From Felis catus (Eukaryota), in the NCBI RefSeq assembly GCF_018350175.1, contig NC_058368.1, forward strand, positions 225,868,001 to 225,932,000: 64,000 nucleotides of DNA, read 5' to 3'. The notes under the pieces were generated by a model. It made no database searches. It had not been told where the DNA came from and worked only from the letters and a program-made list of their open reading frames with translations. The translations under genes were made by a program, and so were the position numbers. Positions 13,781-26,300 of the stretch are shown piece by piece. How positions within the stretch are numbered: position 1 is the first letter of the stretch; the number at the start of each line of letters is the position of its first letter.

Positions 13781-14218
13781 GTAGGTAAAATTTGAATTTT
13801 AGATACCGTGCATGGAATCAGACATCAGCTGGCTATTTATTATGAAATCAATTTTAATACATTTCAAGGCGCTTTTAGCCTTTTATTGCATATTATTACA
13901 GAAGCTAATCCCCCACAGTAATACAGCTTTTGCCTATTTAGGCTTTTATTTTTTTCTCGAACATACAAGAAATTGACTTTTTGATCCAAATTGTCAGGGG
14001 AAGGAGAAAAGGATTCAATAATTCTGTATTTGCTATTTATGATTTCTTTCGTGTAAGTTATTTTATTTTGGTATGGACTATTGCAAATAAAAAAAAACAA
14101 CACTAGGGCTGAGAGCGTGGGAGCAGTGTAAGGGGATTGAGAGAACAAGGGGAGGAAAAGAAAACAGAGGAAAAATGAATGTAATCATTATTCACTACTG
14201 AACTTGGCCTATGACTTT

Positions 14219-14410
14219 ATAGATTCTCAAACTCTAGCAAGCATCAGAATCACCTGGAGGGATTATTAAAGCTTGGATTTCTGGGCCCCACCCCAGAGTT
14301 TCAGATTCAGTTGGTGTAGGGCGGGGCCTGAGAATATGCATTTCTAAAAAGTTCCATCAGATCAGCGATGCTGATGCTGCTGGTTCAGGGACCATACTAC
14401 GAGAACCACT
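14219..14410. mobile_element. MER5A-like hAT-Charlie DNA transposon
   Basis: ttctcaaact...gcatcagaatcacctggaggg...gagaaccact. Confidence 0.85.
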
Positions 14411-14580
14411 CTATGGACCATTTCCCTTGGAAATCAGACTTTTGCAAATACGTCGTGTGCACACATTTGATTATATGGGAGCATTGGAGACCGTGAGGAA
14501 TGCAGGGTCAGGATACCACTGTATAATGAATGAAATGTACTGTCTAGGAAACTGAAAGCCTCTAAATTTTCTCTCAACAG

Positions 14581-14645
14581 AAGCAGATAAAGAAAAAAGT
14601 CACAAAGAAGACAGTGAATTAGACCTTTCAGCTCTTTGTCCTAAG
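14581..14645 (+). CDS. RETREG1: RETREG1 coding exon, (E)[21 protein letters not shown]
   Basis: caacag acceptor, gtattt donor, 65 bp, frame-consistent. Confidence 0.93.
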
Positions 14646-14892
14646 GTATTTTTTTGTTTAGTTTTCAGTTTGTTCCTGGGTGGTTTGACTGTTAAGTTTA
14701 CTTACATGGCCTCAAGCTGAATGATTTTCCTAATAGACTCCTCTCATTCCTCTAAGATGACTGAACAGTTTCAAAAGGAAAATTACTCATCTGGTTTTTA
14801 TTATTCTGACATTTTTTGGTGTTCATATGGAGTTTTGAAAAAGATTTCTGTCCGCAGTTTAAAATGTGCCACTGCTATTTATCTTAACACAG

Positions 14893-15019
14893 ATTAGCCT
14901 CACGGTTGCTGCTAAAGAGTTGTCTGTGTCTGACACGGACGTATCTGAGGTCTCCTGGACTGACAATGGGACCTTCAACCTTTCAGAAGGATACACTCCA
15001 CAGACAGACACTTCTGATG
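14893..15019 (+). CDS. RETREG1: RETREG1 coding exon, [42 protein letters not shown]
   Basis: acacag acceptor, gtatgc donor, 127 bp; contains the conserved FAM134 [15 protein letters not shown] motif. Confidence 0.96.
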
Positions 15020-15084
15020 GTATGCTCACATTTCTGTGTGCCCTTATTGTTATTATTAGCACATGCAAAAATATTTACCTCTGT

Positions 15085-15500
15085 CAACTGCTGAGTGGAT
15101 AAACAAAATCCGGCATATCTACACGATGGAGTGTCACTTGGCTATAAAAACAAAGCAGTGACACATGCCACAAGATGGATGGGCTTTGAAAACATTATGC
15201 TAAGTGAAAGAAGCCAGACGCACAAAGTCCACGTATTGTGCCAGTCCATCTATAGGAAATGTCCAGGATGGACAAATCCATGTGGACAGAAAGTAGATTA
15301 GTGGCTGCCGGGGCTGGGGGAAGGAGGAAAGGTGACTGGTAATTAGTGTGGGTTTTTCGTCATGAAGTAAATGTTCTGGCATTAGATAGTGGGGATGGTT
15401 GCCCCACTTTGTGAATATATTAAAAACCACTGAATTGTACGCTTGAAATGTGTACACTTTATGATCTGTGAATCGTACCTCAAAAGCTATTCCTTTTTTA
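15085..15500 (+). mobile_element. L1MB-like 3' end fragment
   Basis: gagtggataaacaaaat...gaaaacattatgctaagtgaaagaagccag...ccactgaattgtac. Confidence 0.85.
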
Positions 15501-16126
15501 AAAGTATGGAGAAAAAAACCCAAGCCAGTCAGTATCCAAATCTGCCTTTATTTTCAAAACAAATAAACAACCGACAGTGAAAACAATGAACTTGTGAAGT
15601 GTCTGGTGGCATTGTGTATGGCGAGAGTGGAAGGAGGGGAAGAGACACTTTCATCCTGTGTATTCAGGGCTGGTCCCCATCAAAGAGGATTAAAGTATGG
15701 AGGACAAGTTCCCCAAATCCGAAGCTGACTCCATGGTTTCTCATGGTTTTCTTCAAAGTTAGTTCTTTTTTTTTTTTTTTTAATTAGGATAAATAAGTTT
15801 AAAACAGAGAGACAGTCTTGTACAGTAAGTTAATTTTTGCTAGTCTCCTTGGATTATTTCAGGTCATTTTAACCATATATTGAATATATGAGATTACACT
15901 GGAAGATTATGAATTGTTCTATATGTGTTTTTATAGGCAAGAACATACTTTATTTTTCTAGAGGAGGAGGGAGGCCATACAGTGTTTGAGAAAAGACAGG
16001 CTTGGAGATTGGGACACCCAAGCGTAGTCTTGCCTTGGTCATTAACTAACTGTGTGACCTTGAACAGGTGATATGATTTCTGTGGACCTCAATTTCCTCA
16101 ACTTTCAAGTGTATCAGAACACTCAC

Positions 16127-16229
16127 GGGGTGCCTGGCTGGCTTAGTTGGTAGAGCATGCGACTCGTGGTCATGAGTTTAAGGCCACTTTGGGTTTAGGG
16201 TCTACTGAAAAAAAAAAAAAAGGAAAAGG
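16127..16229 (+). mobile_element. Short carnivore tRNA-derived SINE next to a MIR fragment
   Basis: ggggtgcctggctggcttagttggtagagcatgcgact head, A tail, TSD gaacactcac. Confidence 0.8.
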
Positions 16230-16859
16230 AACACTCACGCTGTACAAGCCCTACATATCAAGATGAGGATAACAAACCCGTTGTTCTTAAGCATTCTGTC
16301 TCAGACTTACACAACAAAAGGGGCAGCAGTCATGCCCCCCACAAAGAAGGCTTTAATTAAATTGAAGACTTCAAGTTACTATTGTAAAGAGTTAACTGTT
16401 ACACTGAAAGATTTTCTATGGAAAGTGAAAAACAATAAAATCACTGTCTGCCTACTAATATGACATTGCTTTCAAATGTCCCAAATCTTAAGTGATCTGA
16501 TATATATTCAGGACACGAGTTTGGTAGACAGGATATGGTCACTTTCAGCTATATTTATGGAAAGCGAAACGTTTCCATAAGCTCTTAGGTTGAACATGGA
16601 ATAGAAGGAGCGATACTTTCTTTTGATTCATTGCTTTAAACAAACATCGGTTACAGATGCTGAGATAGATCTTCACGGATGAAAATGCTGGGCCAGGATA
16701 ATACTCACCATCTGCTGTACCAGAATCCATGAAAACCTCCAGTTGAAATATATTGTTTTTACTTTGTGATCATACAGCATACATATCCACATTAGCTTAA
16801 AGCTAATACCCTCCCTGGGGCAGGATGAAATTTTTGTTCATGATGAACATTTATAACTT

Positions 16860-17199
16860 CAGTACATGTATACAATGGAATATTACCCAGCCATTAGAAA
16901 GCATGAAATCTTGCCATTTGCAACAACGTGCATGGAGCTGGAGAGTATTATGCTAAGCAAAATAAGAGAAAGACAAATACCATATGATTTCACACATATG
17001 TGGAATTTAAGAAACAAATGAGCAAAGGGGGGAAAGAAGAGGGAGCCAAAAAACAGACTCTGAAAATACAGAACAGGGGCGCTGGGTGGTTCAGTTGGTT
17101 GAGCATCCAACTCTTGATTTTGGCTAGGGTCACGATCCTAGCTAGGGTCATGGGATCAAGCCCTGCATCCAACTCCAGGTTGAGCAAGGAGACTGCTTG

Positions 17200-17230
<31 letters not shown>

Positions 17231-17263
17231 CCTCCCCCTCCCTCCCTCCCTCCCTCCCTCCCT

Positions 17264-17312
<49 letters not shown>

Positions 17313-17550
17313 GTCCCTCTCCCTCTCCCTCTCCCTCTCCCTCTCTCTTTCTTTCTCTCAAATGAAAAAATAGAGAACAAACTTATGGTTACCAGAGGAA
17401 GGTGGGTAGGGGCATGGGTTAAATAGGTGATGGGGATTAAGGAGGGCACTTGTGATGAGCACTGGGTGTTATATGTAAGTGTTGAATCGCTATATTGCAC
17501 ACCTGAAACTAATACACTGTATGTTACTTCGTTGGAATTTAAATAAAAAC
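16860..17550 (+). mobile_element. Carnivore L1 3' end interrupted by an older SINEC (17076-17368, long CT tract)
   Basis: L1 3'UTR motifs on both sides of the SINE; near-TSD aaaata(c/g)agaaca. Confidence 0.88.
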
Positions 17551-17755
17551 TAACATCAAGTCATTACATACACTGTTTTGTGCTTAAGAGGAAAACTAAG
17601 GACGTAGGGGGGGGCATGTGGAATTTGTGCACTTGTAGAGAGATGGTCAGGTTTGCCTAGAGTGCGGGCTGGACGGCAGATTATCTTTTAGACAGTTCTT
17701 TCATTTCAGATTCATCACGGTGCTTAAGCATGAACTTCTGTTACACATTCCACAG

Positions 17756-18255
17756 ATCTCGACCGGCCTAGCGAAGAAGTTTTCTCTCGAGACCTTTCCG
17801 ATTTTCCATCTGTAGAAAATGGCATGGGAACAAACGATGAAGATGAATTCAGCCTTGGCTTGCCCACTGAGCTCAGGAGAAAAAAGGAGCAGCTGGACAG
17901 CGGTCCCAGAGCAAGCAAAGAGAGGCAGTCCGCCGCTGGCCCCACCCTTCCGCTGAGCAGTGACCAAACCTTTCACTTGATGCGCAACCTGGCCGGGGAC
18001 GCCATCACAGCCGCAGTGACGGCTGCCATCAAAGAGCAGTTAGAGGGCGCCGCGAAGCAAGCACTCTCTCAGGCTGCCCCCAGCCCAGGAGACGACACAG
18101 ACACTGAAGAAGGTGATGACTTTGAACTACTTGACCAGTCAGAGCTTGATCAAATTGAGAGTGAATTGGGACTTGCACAAGACCAAGAAGCAGAAGCACA
18201 GCAAAGTAAGAAGGCTTCGGGCTTCCTTTCAAATCTACTCGGAGGAGGCCATTAG
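17756..18255 (+). CDS. RETREG1: RETREG1 terminal coding exon (disordered C-terminus with LIR), ends [12 protein letters not shown]
   Basis: ccacag acceptor; [31 protein letters not shown]...[20 protein letters not shown] is the FAM134B C-terminus; TAG at 18253-18255. Confidence 0.97.
18115..18132 (+). other. RETREG1: LC3-interacting region (LIR) codons, DDFELL
   Basis: gat gac ttt gaa cta ctt; the established FAM134B LIR motif. Confidence 0.95.
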
Positions 18256-20110
18256 TCTGGGAATCAACTTGTTCAACACAGCACAGATAAAACTACCAAA
18301 AAATTATAAACAATGCAAAAAAAAAAAGAGAGATAAAAAAGAAAAGGAAAAAAAATTTTTTTTGAACTGTGGGCTTTACTGATTACTTCAGATTGTTTTT
18401 CTTATTTTCCCTTCGGCAGTGAATTAATTGGATCTATATCAGCTGATACTGATAGACTGATATTTCCTATAGTTATTTTTATGTAATAAGCATGGAAATG
18501 AACTTTGTATACGTATATATACATGCTGTGTTATCAGAGATGAATATTAGAGGTTGTTTTTAAAGCAAAACACCAACTTGTTGAGATCCTCCTACAAGTA
18601 TTCCTTATTTTTCCTTTACAATTAATTTTTCAGGCATGCAAAAACTTTATTGTAACTCACTGAAATATTAACAATTCGTTGGTGAATACATGCGGTATCA
18701 GCTCCTTTGTTACTGATACTTGGAAACAGTTAAAAAAAATTTGGTAGATTCTGATGTGAAAAACCAAAAATTATCAAGGTATCTTCAGGTGGAGGACTTG
18801 GGAAATATTAGCAAAATTGATTTCTGAGGAAAAAATTTTAAAAATATATTTAACTACTTTGGATAGGCTGATACATTTCCATGTTATTTCTGCAGTTATA
18901 GACTTAGGCTTACCTGTAAATGGCATGCTCCATGGACTACCAGCTCTGGTCTTGCAAATGGGTGGTATTAACCCATCGAAAGCAAGTAATTGTATATCAC
19001 ATAGACAGTGGTTTTGATGTAAACAGAGGTTGGGCTGTGTTTTGTTGTTCAACTGTCATATATTTGTAATAGAGATGTTATGAAGTGCAGGTATGTTCTG
19101 CCTGCTCAGACCTAAGTTAAACCCTCATCTTTCATATTATGTCATAGGAAAAGTCTCTTAAAATTGTGAAATTAGTTCCTGATACGTTCTATGAGTGGCG
19201 TTGTCATCAGCGGTAGAGAGACAAGAACTGTTTTCGTAGTCTGTCTTAGAGTCTCCTAAAGGAGAGAAATTTGCTTGGCTTTAAGGTGTATTTATTTGCT
19301 GTTGAAGTCTAAATATGTAACCTGTTTCTCATTGGGAAGCTAGAATATATTCTTCCTTTATTTTAAACTTTTTTAGATCACCTTTAAATAACCAAATTTG
19401 ACTTAGGTTTTTAACAAAACACTTAGCAGAAATCAAGCTAATTTTGTTTTTGTGATACAAACTTTTAATAGTGTCGAGGGACCATGTCAGCCAACTACAG
19501 ACGCATGCAGACATCTGAGACCCTCAGAAAGGAAGGATGATCCAAGAATATAGGAAATCTGTGGTCTCTTCCCTTCGTTTTACCCTTTCCTTCTATTTCT
19601 AAAGACTGTAGGTAATCTTATGTTTTAATGTAGCATCTCATATTTATTTTTTCTTTCTGAGGTATTAAAATATCTAGACTGAATTTTGCCAAATGTTAAA
19701 GGGAGAAAAGTTACTGAGGACTTTGAACACTTGCTTTTTGTGATTGACTATGCTTATATGTCATCAGTGCCTCATGACTGTGTTTGATGTCCTTTATTGA
19801 TACAAAGTGAGCCTGTGCCTTCATTATCTTGCCCATTTTGGTACAAATGAAAACCTGGTGTTAGATCAATGAACTGTGTGGGTTAGGGAGGAATAGACCT
19901 GAATTCTAGTCAATCCAAGTTTCTGGACACAAAGGAAAATACAGTCACATATTTATAAAATAGTTGTCACCAGGATTCTTCTTTTTTAAATTTTTAATGC
20001 GCATGTTTCTGCATTTAAAAAGCATCTGTGGCCATTAAGTCAAAAAGTGTACAGGTCATTTCAGTTTCTTCACTGAGGGGAACACAAGAAGATTGATCCA
20101 AGTAATTAAA
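18256..20110 (+). other. RETREG1: RETREG1 3' UTR (3' end uncertain)
   Basis: Repeat-free AT-rich sequence after the stop; ATTAAA at 19664 and 20105; first AATAAA found by eye at 20504. Confidence 0.55.
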
Positions 20111-20416
20111 ACGTGTTAAAAGTCACTGGACAAGCTTGCAAGAAGATAAACTCAAGAGTTGGTGGTATAAGCCATAAAGATAGGATCATATATTATAAAC
20201 TATAAATTAAAAGGGATTTGGGATGGCAAGGTTGGTAGGGTAGAAAAATGTGTAACACTTTCGAGAAGACATACTAGCTCTCTATGGAGAGTAGCATTAT
20301 AACCATATGTGTACTTCAATATTATTTATTCAAGAACATAAGGGATTACAGATTCACACAATTGATACTCTTTGATAATGGTACTCTTAATTCAGACAAA
20401 CAGGAATGCTGAAGCT

Positions 20417-20417
20417 G

Positions 20418-20468
<51 letters not shown>
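20417..20468. repeat. (TG)n microsatellite
   Basis: Directly visible. Confidence 0.97.
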
Positions 20469-20469
<1 letters not shown>

Positions 20470-21704
20470 GGGGGATATATTGCTGATTTCAAGATATAGT
20501 AACAATAAACCCTGGTGACTGATCCAGTACCCTGGGAACTATTTATCCCTCTGCATTCATTAAAAGGTGAAACGTGGATTTTTTAAATTATTATTGTAAA
20601 GGAATTGTAGAAAAATGCTTTGCTCTCTTCCTATAGAAAATGATGGGCAAAACCAGACAATGGGAATAACACACACCGATCATGCATTTGGACCTAAAAC
20701 GATAAAGCAGGGCTCAGAAGTTCAAGCTTGCTTTGGAAGGTCAATCCAGGCCTAAAACAGTGTTTATATTCTCATTCTGGATCATCGTTGCTTTTTCCTA
20801 CCCTAAAAATCTTCAAATGTGATTTTTAAAAACTGTCCCCCTTCTAGTGTGGCAGAATATTAGGAAAAGAAACATTTATAAGGCTTTGCAATTAGCAAAC
20901 ATCCTCAACATATTTAGGCATATCACTCATATATTTGAAGTAAGTGCAACTTTTGTCCTTTTAAAAAAAATGGCAAATGCCAGTGTACTAGCGATTTTAG
21001 GCAAGAAGCAAATCTACAGTCAAGAAAAAAAAGTGACTTAAACGTTTTCCTTTTCTGTTTATAATTTTGGTTGATGTAGTTCTTTACATCACTCCAGCTA
21101 TATTCGTTACAAGATAGGAAATTATTCTGAAAACACTTACTGTTTTCATAGGTCATTTGTGTCATGATGAAGCTAGAAGGTCTCAGAACTATATTTTTGT
21201 GTATTATTCCTCCATTTCCATTGCAGCATTTAAGGTGGGATGAGAGGTCATTAATAAAATTAGGAAGCGAACTATTCTGTCATACAGGGATGTTTTTAGA
21301 ATAAATGGAAAAACGTCTGAAGCATTTTCAGGGGAGAAAAAGGCTATATAAAACCAAGACAGTGAAGTTTTTTCCTGCCTGTGTTTCAACTACGCCATCT
21401 TTTCAAACATTAAAACAAAGTCAATCAATAAGTATCTGCTTATAAGAAAACTCTAAAGTTATTTCAGTGGGACTGGCACTATATTGGCCTCGTAATCCAA
21501 TAAATGCTATGGAATAAAAAGATGAAAAGTGTTGCAAAAATGTCTATTTTTTCAGTTGACTCTGGACCATGTGTGAGGTTCTACACTAGTCATTTTTAAT
21601 GGATCTTACCCTGGGAGACTCCAACTAAGTCACATAACATTTGCACCTGTTTCTTTCGTCTATGAAATTAGCACCTGGGCCTCATAGTGTATAATTGTCT
21701 AAGA

Positions 21705-22023
21705 CGGGGTTTGGCCAACTATGGTCTATCGGCCAAATCTGACCTGCCACTGTTTTTCTATGGAATAGCAACTAAGAATGCTTTTTTAAAAAAAATTTGA
21801 AATCCGAAGAATAATTCATGATGTATAAAAATGCAAAATTCAAAATTTAGTGTCAATAAATACAGTTTTGTTAGAACACAGCAACGTTCACTTATGTACT
21901 GTCTATGGCTATTTTTATGCTAAAGAGAAAAGTTGTACAGTTGTGGCAGATAATAGTTTTAGGCCTACAAAGCCTAAAATATTTACTATCTTGCCCTTTA
22001 TAGGAATGGTTTGCCAAACTTTG
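21705..22023. mobile_element. MER58B-like hAT-Charlie element
   Basis: ggccaaatctgacctgcc...aaagcctaaaatatttactatct...tttgccaa. Confidence 0.8.
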
Positions 22024-22255
22024 GCCTAATACATAGAAAACACTCAGTTATAGTTAGAATCATGTGTAATCCTCATGACTCTACACTTAAGTAGTAGGAA
22101 GAGCATTTTTCAGAAGGACAAGGTTAGATAAATTATCCAGCCACATAGCTAGTAAGGGGGAAAGCCAGTTTGACCGCAAAGCCTATTCTCTTTCCAATAT
22201 GTCACATTATCTAATATTTTTTGTTTTTTAATACATTAAGAAAGATCATAATTTT

Positions 22256-22469
22256 ATTTATTTTTTCAACGTTTATTTATTTTTGGGACAGAGAGAGACA
22301 GAGCATGAACGGGGGAGGGGCAGAGAGAGAGGGAGACACAGAATCGGAAACAGGCTCCAGGCTCTGAACCATCAGCCCAGAGCCTGACGCGGGGCTCGAA
22401 CTCACAGACCGCGAGATCGTGACTTGGCTGAAGTCAGACGCTTAACCGACTGCGCCACCCAGGCGCCCC
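22256..22469 (-). mobile_element. Young SINEC_Fc SINE
   Basis: TSD aaagatcataatttt. Confidence 0.95.
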
Positions 22470-23887
22470 AAAGATCATAATTTTAAATAGCTTAGCAGAA
22501 CTTTACTAAATACTAAAGACTGCTTTTATTTTATTGAGATTATTTTTTTCTCTTTCCAAAGAATCTAGAAACCAGCTGATCTATACTATTTTAAATGCTC
22601 TGATAACCCAAGTTTTCTCAATTCTTTAAGAATATCTCAATTCTTTGTTAATCTAAGAACAGCATATCTAGATACCCAAAAAACAAGAGGTAGTAAAATG
22701 TTTTAAAATTGTTTACTGAAAATCATAATTTTTTACTTAACATTTTTATAAATGCAAAATTCATAGAAATTGTAAACCATTTAATAAATGTTTTTATATT
22801 CTTTGTTATACCCAAAAACTAATCGCAAACAGCCCAATCCCCTTTAGTTTTCCTTTTAAAAACCAAGTAGCTATTGCAATATGGGTATATGAAAAGTAGT
22901 AAGCCTGTCACAAGATAATACTGCCTATCAACACCAGTATCTCAATTGACTTGAAGATGAACCTATTATCTCTTACTTTAAATTTTGCAGTTATCAAAAA
23001 TCAACATCCCAACATTTTCCAGCATTGAAAAAGAAGCACATCTTCATGGACACTGTCCCTTTACACTGTAAAACATAACTTCAGTAGTTCGGCAACTAAG
23101 TGAAGCTCGTACCTTAAGAGCTATGTCACAGTATCCAGAAAGAATTCTAATTGTTAATATTTTTCAAATCTAAATCTTTCACGTGGGCAGTCTCAGTTTA
23201 AATTCTTCAGCAAAATGATTAATTTGGTAAGAAACATTTTTTATAGCATTGTCAGCAGAGATCAGACACATTAACATAATTCTCTGAATGTACTGAAGTT
23301 TAATGCAAGGTCTCTTGGTCAGTCATCTTGCATTTACCAAGGAGCTATTGGCTATAGACCTGCTCCTTTCTAGTATTTTTTTCCAACAATTCCAGATACT
23401 GCTGCTGGATCTCAAGGCCCACTTCTATTCCCAATGCCCATATAAACTGAAACACTACTGTTTACCGGATGAAGATAGAATTCGCCACTTTACCTAATAC
23501 CTTAATCCTCTCTAGTCTTATTTTCTCTTAATTACCTGTATCCTATGCTTCACCCAAACTAGACATATGCTTCCTAAATATGTCTCTTATTTTCCTCTCT
23601 CCACAGTATTTCTTCTACCCTCCGCCTCCCTTCTCCATTCGCAGATGAAGTCCTCAATCTTTCCTCTCCTTCAAGACCCATCTGAAATGTCAGCTCCTTA
23701 ACAAAAACTTTTCTAATTGGATGAGAGTTCTCTAAATACCCATTGCCTCTTAATATTTTGTTGTACGTGATCCAGTCTTTAATGTGTTCATTGTGTATTT
23801 CTTACCATCCCTATCAAATTATAAGAAACTCCTGGAGAGTAGGGATGTCTTAATTTAGACACTAGTAGAATATTTTAAAGGATAGAG

Positions 23888-24600
23888 TGTGATTTTTAAT
23901 AAATATACATTTGGTCTTTGTCCATTTGGGGCATAGAGCTCACCCAAACCCAAGTGTTAACAGGATAACAGTGTTTTCGGTTATGTTAATGAGGTGATTT
24001 TTGGAAAGCCCTCAGGTAACTTAAGGATGAGAGCGGGTTGCCTGGGGAGCCAACCACGTGATGAGAGGGTGGAAATTTTCAGGCCCACCCCCTCACACCT
24101 CTGGAGTGGAGAAAGGAGCGGGATGTTGAGTTCAATCACTTAAGATTTAATCAATCATGCCTATGTAATGAAAGCTTTATAAAACCCCAAAAGGATGGGG
24201 CTCAAGAGAGCTCTTAGGTTGTTGAACCAGAACAAATCCATGTGCCAGATGGGCGGTGCATCCCAAACTCTATGGAGACAGAAGCTCTTGGGGCACCTGG
24301 GTGGCTTGGTCGGTTAAGCATCTGACTTCAGCTCAGGTCATGATCTCACGGTCCGTGAGTTCGAGCCCCGCGTCGGGCTCTGTGCTGACAGCTCAGAGCC
24401 TGGAGCCTGTTTCAGATTCTGTGTCTCCCTCTCTCTCTGCCCCTCCCCTATTCATGCTCTGTCTCTCTCTGTCTCAAAAATAAACGTTAAAAAAAAATTA
24501 AAAAAAAAAAAAGAAGCTCCTATGTTTGGGACCCTTCTGGACCTCACCCTATGTAGCTCTTCATCTGGCTTTTCATCTGCATCCTTGACTATCCTGTTCA
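23888..24600 (+). mobile_element. MER21-like LTR interrupted by a SINEC_Fc (about 24290-24511, + strand)
   Basis: ccaaccacgtgatgagagggt, tttaatcaatcatgcctatgtaatgaa and gacctcaccctatgt motifs; SINE TSD agaagctc. Confidence 0.8.
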
Positions 24601-25080
24601 AAGATGCTGAAATGGGTTCTGGTCATGAAAATGGATTGAAGGAGGCAGGGAAGAAATAACACATGAAGAATGAACAGATGCCAGAGAACCACAGAAGAAT
24701 AAGAAACAGTAAAACCACAAGTTCTTTATGTAGCCATCTTTTGCTTTATTTTTTAGAGAAGCTTGGAAATATAGTGTTTTTGCTTATCCCCACTGATGAC
24801 TAGTACTAGGTACATTTCTTCAAGTGGGTATCTTGTCCAGAGGCTATTTTAAAAGATTTTGATAGGCTGAAAAGCAAGTTTTCTGGAATAAAAATCACCA
24901 CCAGACAACACTGCAGTAAAAAATTCATTTAACAAATACCGAGCCATCTACGTGCCAGCACTGTCCCAACACTGGGTACAGAGCAATGGCAGAAGTCTGG
25001 TTTGCCCAGGATGGTTGGGTTTCCTGGGACACAGGACTTCAAATGTTAAAACTGGGAAATCGGTGACAAACAACAAACGC

Positions 25081-25380
25081 TAGTGGTAGCCAATCTCCCA
25101 TAATGGTCCTCGATCACCCCCTTCATGCCCCTATGTAGTCTCCTCCCACATTACATACGGCTGGCCTTCATAAGTAATAACACACCGTGGAAATGACGGT
25201 GTGTGACTTCCAAGGCTAGGTCATAAAAGACACAGTGGCTTCCACTTTGCTCCTTCTGGAGAAGCCAACTGCCATGTTATGAGGACGATCAACTGGAAAA
25301 GGCCACTAGGTGAGGAACCAAAGCCTCTTGCTATCACATGTCAATGAGCCATCTTCAGCAAGGAGCCCGAAGCCTTCAAC
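25081..25380 (+). mobile_element. MLT1F-like MaLR LTR fragment
   Basis: gtgtgtgacttccaaggctaggtcataaaagaca, gaagccaactgccatgt, gtgaggaacc. Confidence 0.8.
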
Positions 25381-26071
25381 ATTCACGTTTCCTAGACCCG
25401 CGCTGTTGCACACGAGGCCACAGTTAATTGAGCACATCAGAGAAGGCTGGCCCCTGCGATGTGCTGTTGTGTAATAATACACACCAAAGTCCCAAGATCT
25501 AGTACCAACAGACGAAATGTAAAATTTCTCATTAAATCCTTTGGGCTGAGTACAAGCCCAAAATGACAAAATTGTGTATATGTTGCGTTAGATCTTACAA
25601 CCCTTTCTTTTTGCATTTTAAAAACGTGGTTGCTATTGGACTGACGATAACCTCTGCGGGTGGCTCCGATTACATTTCCAAGGCCTGCGGCTTGGCTGCG
25701 CTCCCAGCTGGCAAACTTTGCATTCGAGCGTTTCGCCTGCGCCCTCGGCTGGAAGGGGCCGCCTCGCAAAAGCCGAGGCTCTGGCCCGGCCTCTGGTTTT
25801 CCTGCGAATTCCCGCAGCCTCCGGCTCCAGTCTCCGGTTTCCCGGGACTCCGGCTGGTCCGGCGAGCGCTCGGGCGGTCCGCCCCTCCCGGAAGCTTTCT
25901 GAGCTATCAGAGCGCAGCGCGCGGTTTTCAGAGAGGCCCCGCCCTTCGCGTGGCTACCGGACCGCCCCCCCCCCTCGCGTGCCTCCCCCTGCCGCGCAGC
26001 CGTCGCCTTCATCGCGTCACTTCACACCGCACAACCACCAGGGAAAGTCACCGGGGGTGCGCAGCGCCTTT

Positions 26072-26300
26072 TGATCAATACTCACCTCCGTGGACCCAAC
26101 ACTCACCTCTGGCTGGCCCAATCGACACCCACCTCAGGTCGGCCCAGTCAACACCCTCCTCTGACTTGTCCAATCAACACCCACTTCAGGCTGGCTCAGT
26201 CAACACCCCCCTCTGGCTGGCCCAATCAACATCCAGCTCCTGCCGCTCTGATCAACACCCACTTCAGAATGACGCAATCAGTACCCGCTTCAGGCCGACT
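26072..26300 (+). repeat. Degenerate 26-bp tandem repeat (about 9 units), consensus close to CCAATCAACACCCACYTCWGGCTGGC
   Basis: Unit starts at 26118, 26144, 26170, 26196, 26222, 26248 and 26274, plus two shorter upstream units. Confidence 0.9.

Noticed and set aside
16127..16229. tRNA-like A/B-box sequences in SINE heads
   Set aside because: tRNA-derived SINEs with A tails and TSDs; no intact cloverleaf.
18295..18363. A-rich tract after the RETREG1 stop suggesting a retrocopy tail or poly(A) site
   Set aside because: The gene has normal introns and there is no upstream AATAAA; this is a genomic A-rich UTR tract likely to cause oligo-dT internal priming.
25668..25690. ZNF143/SBS-like motif GATTACATTTCCAAGGC
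   Set aside because: Only a partial match to ACTACAnnTCCCA; too weak to call without a PWM scan.
26072..26300. Possible CRISPR-like array
   Set aside because: The units are contiguous degenerate tandem copies without unique spacers, in a mammalian promoter with no cas genes.
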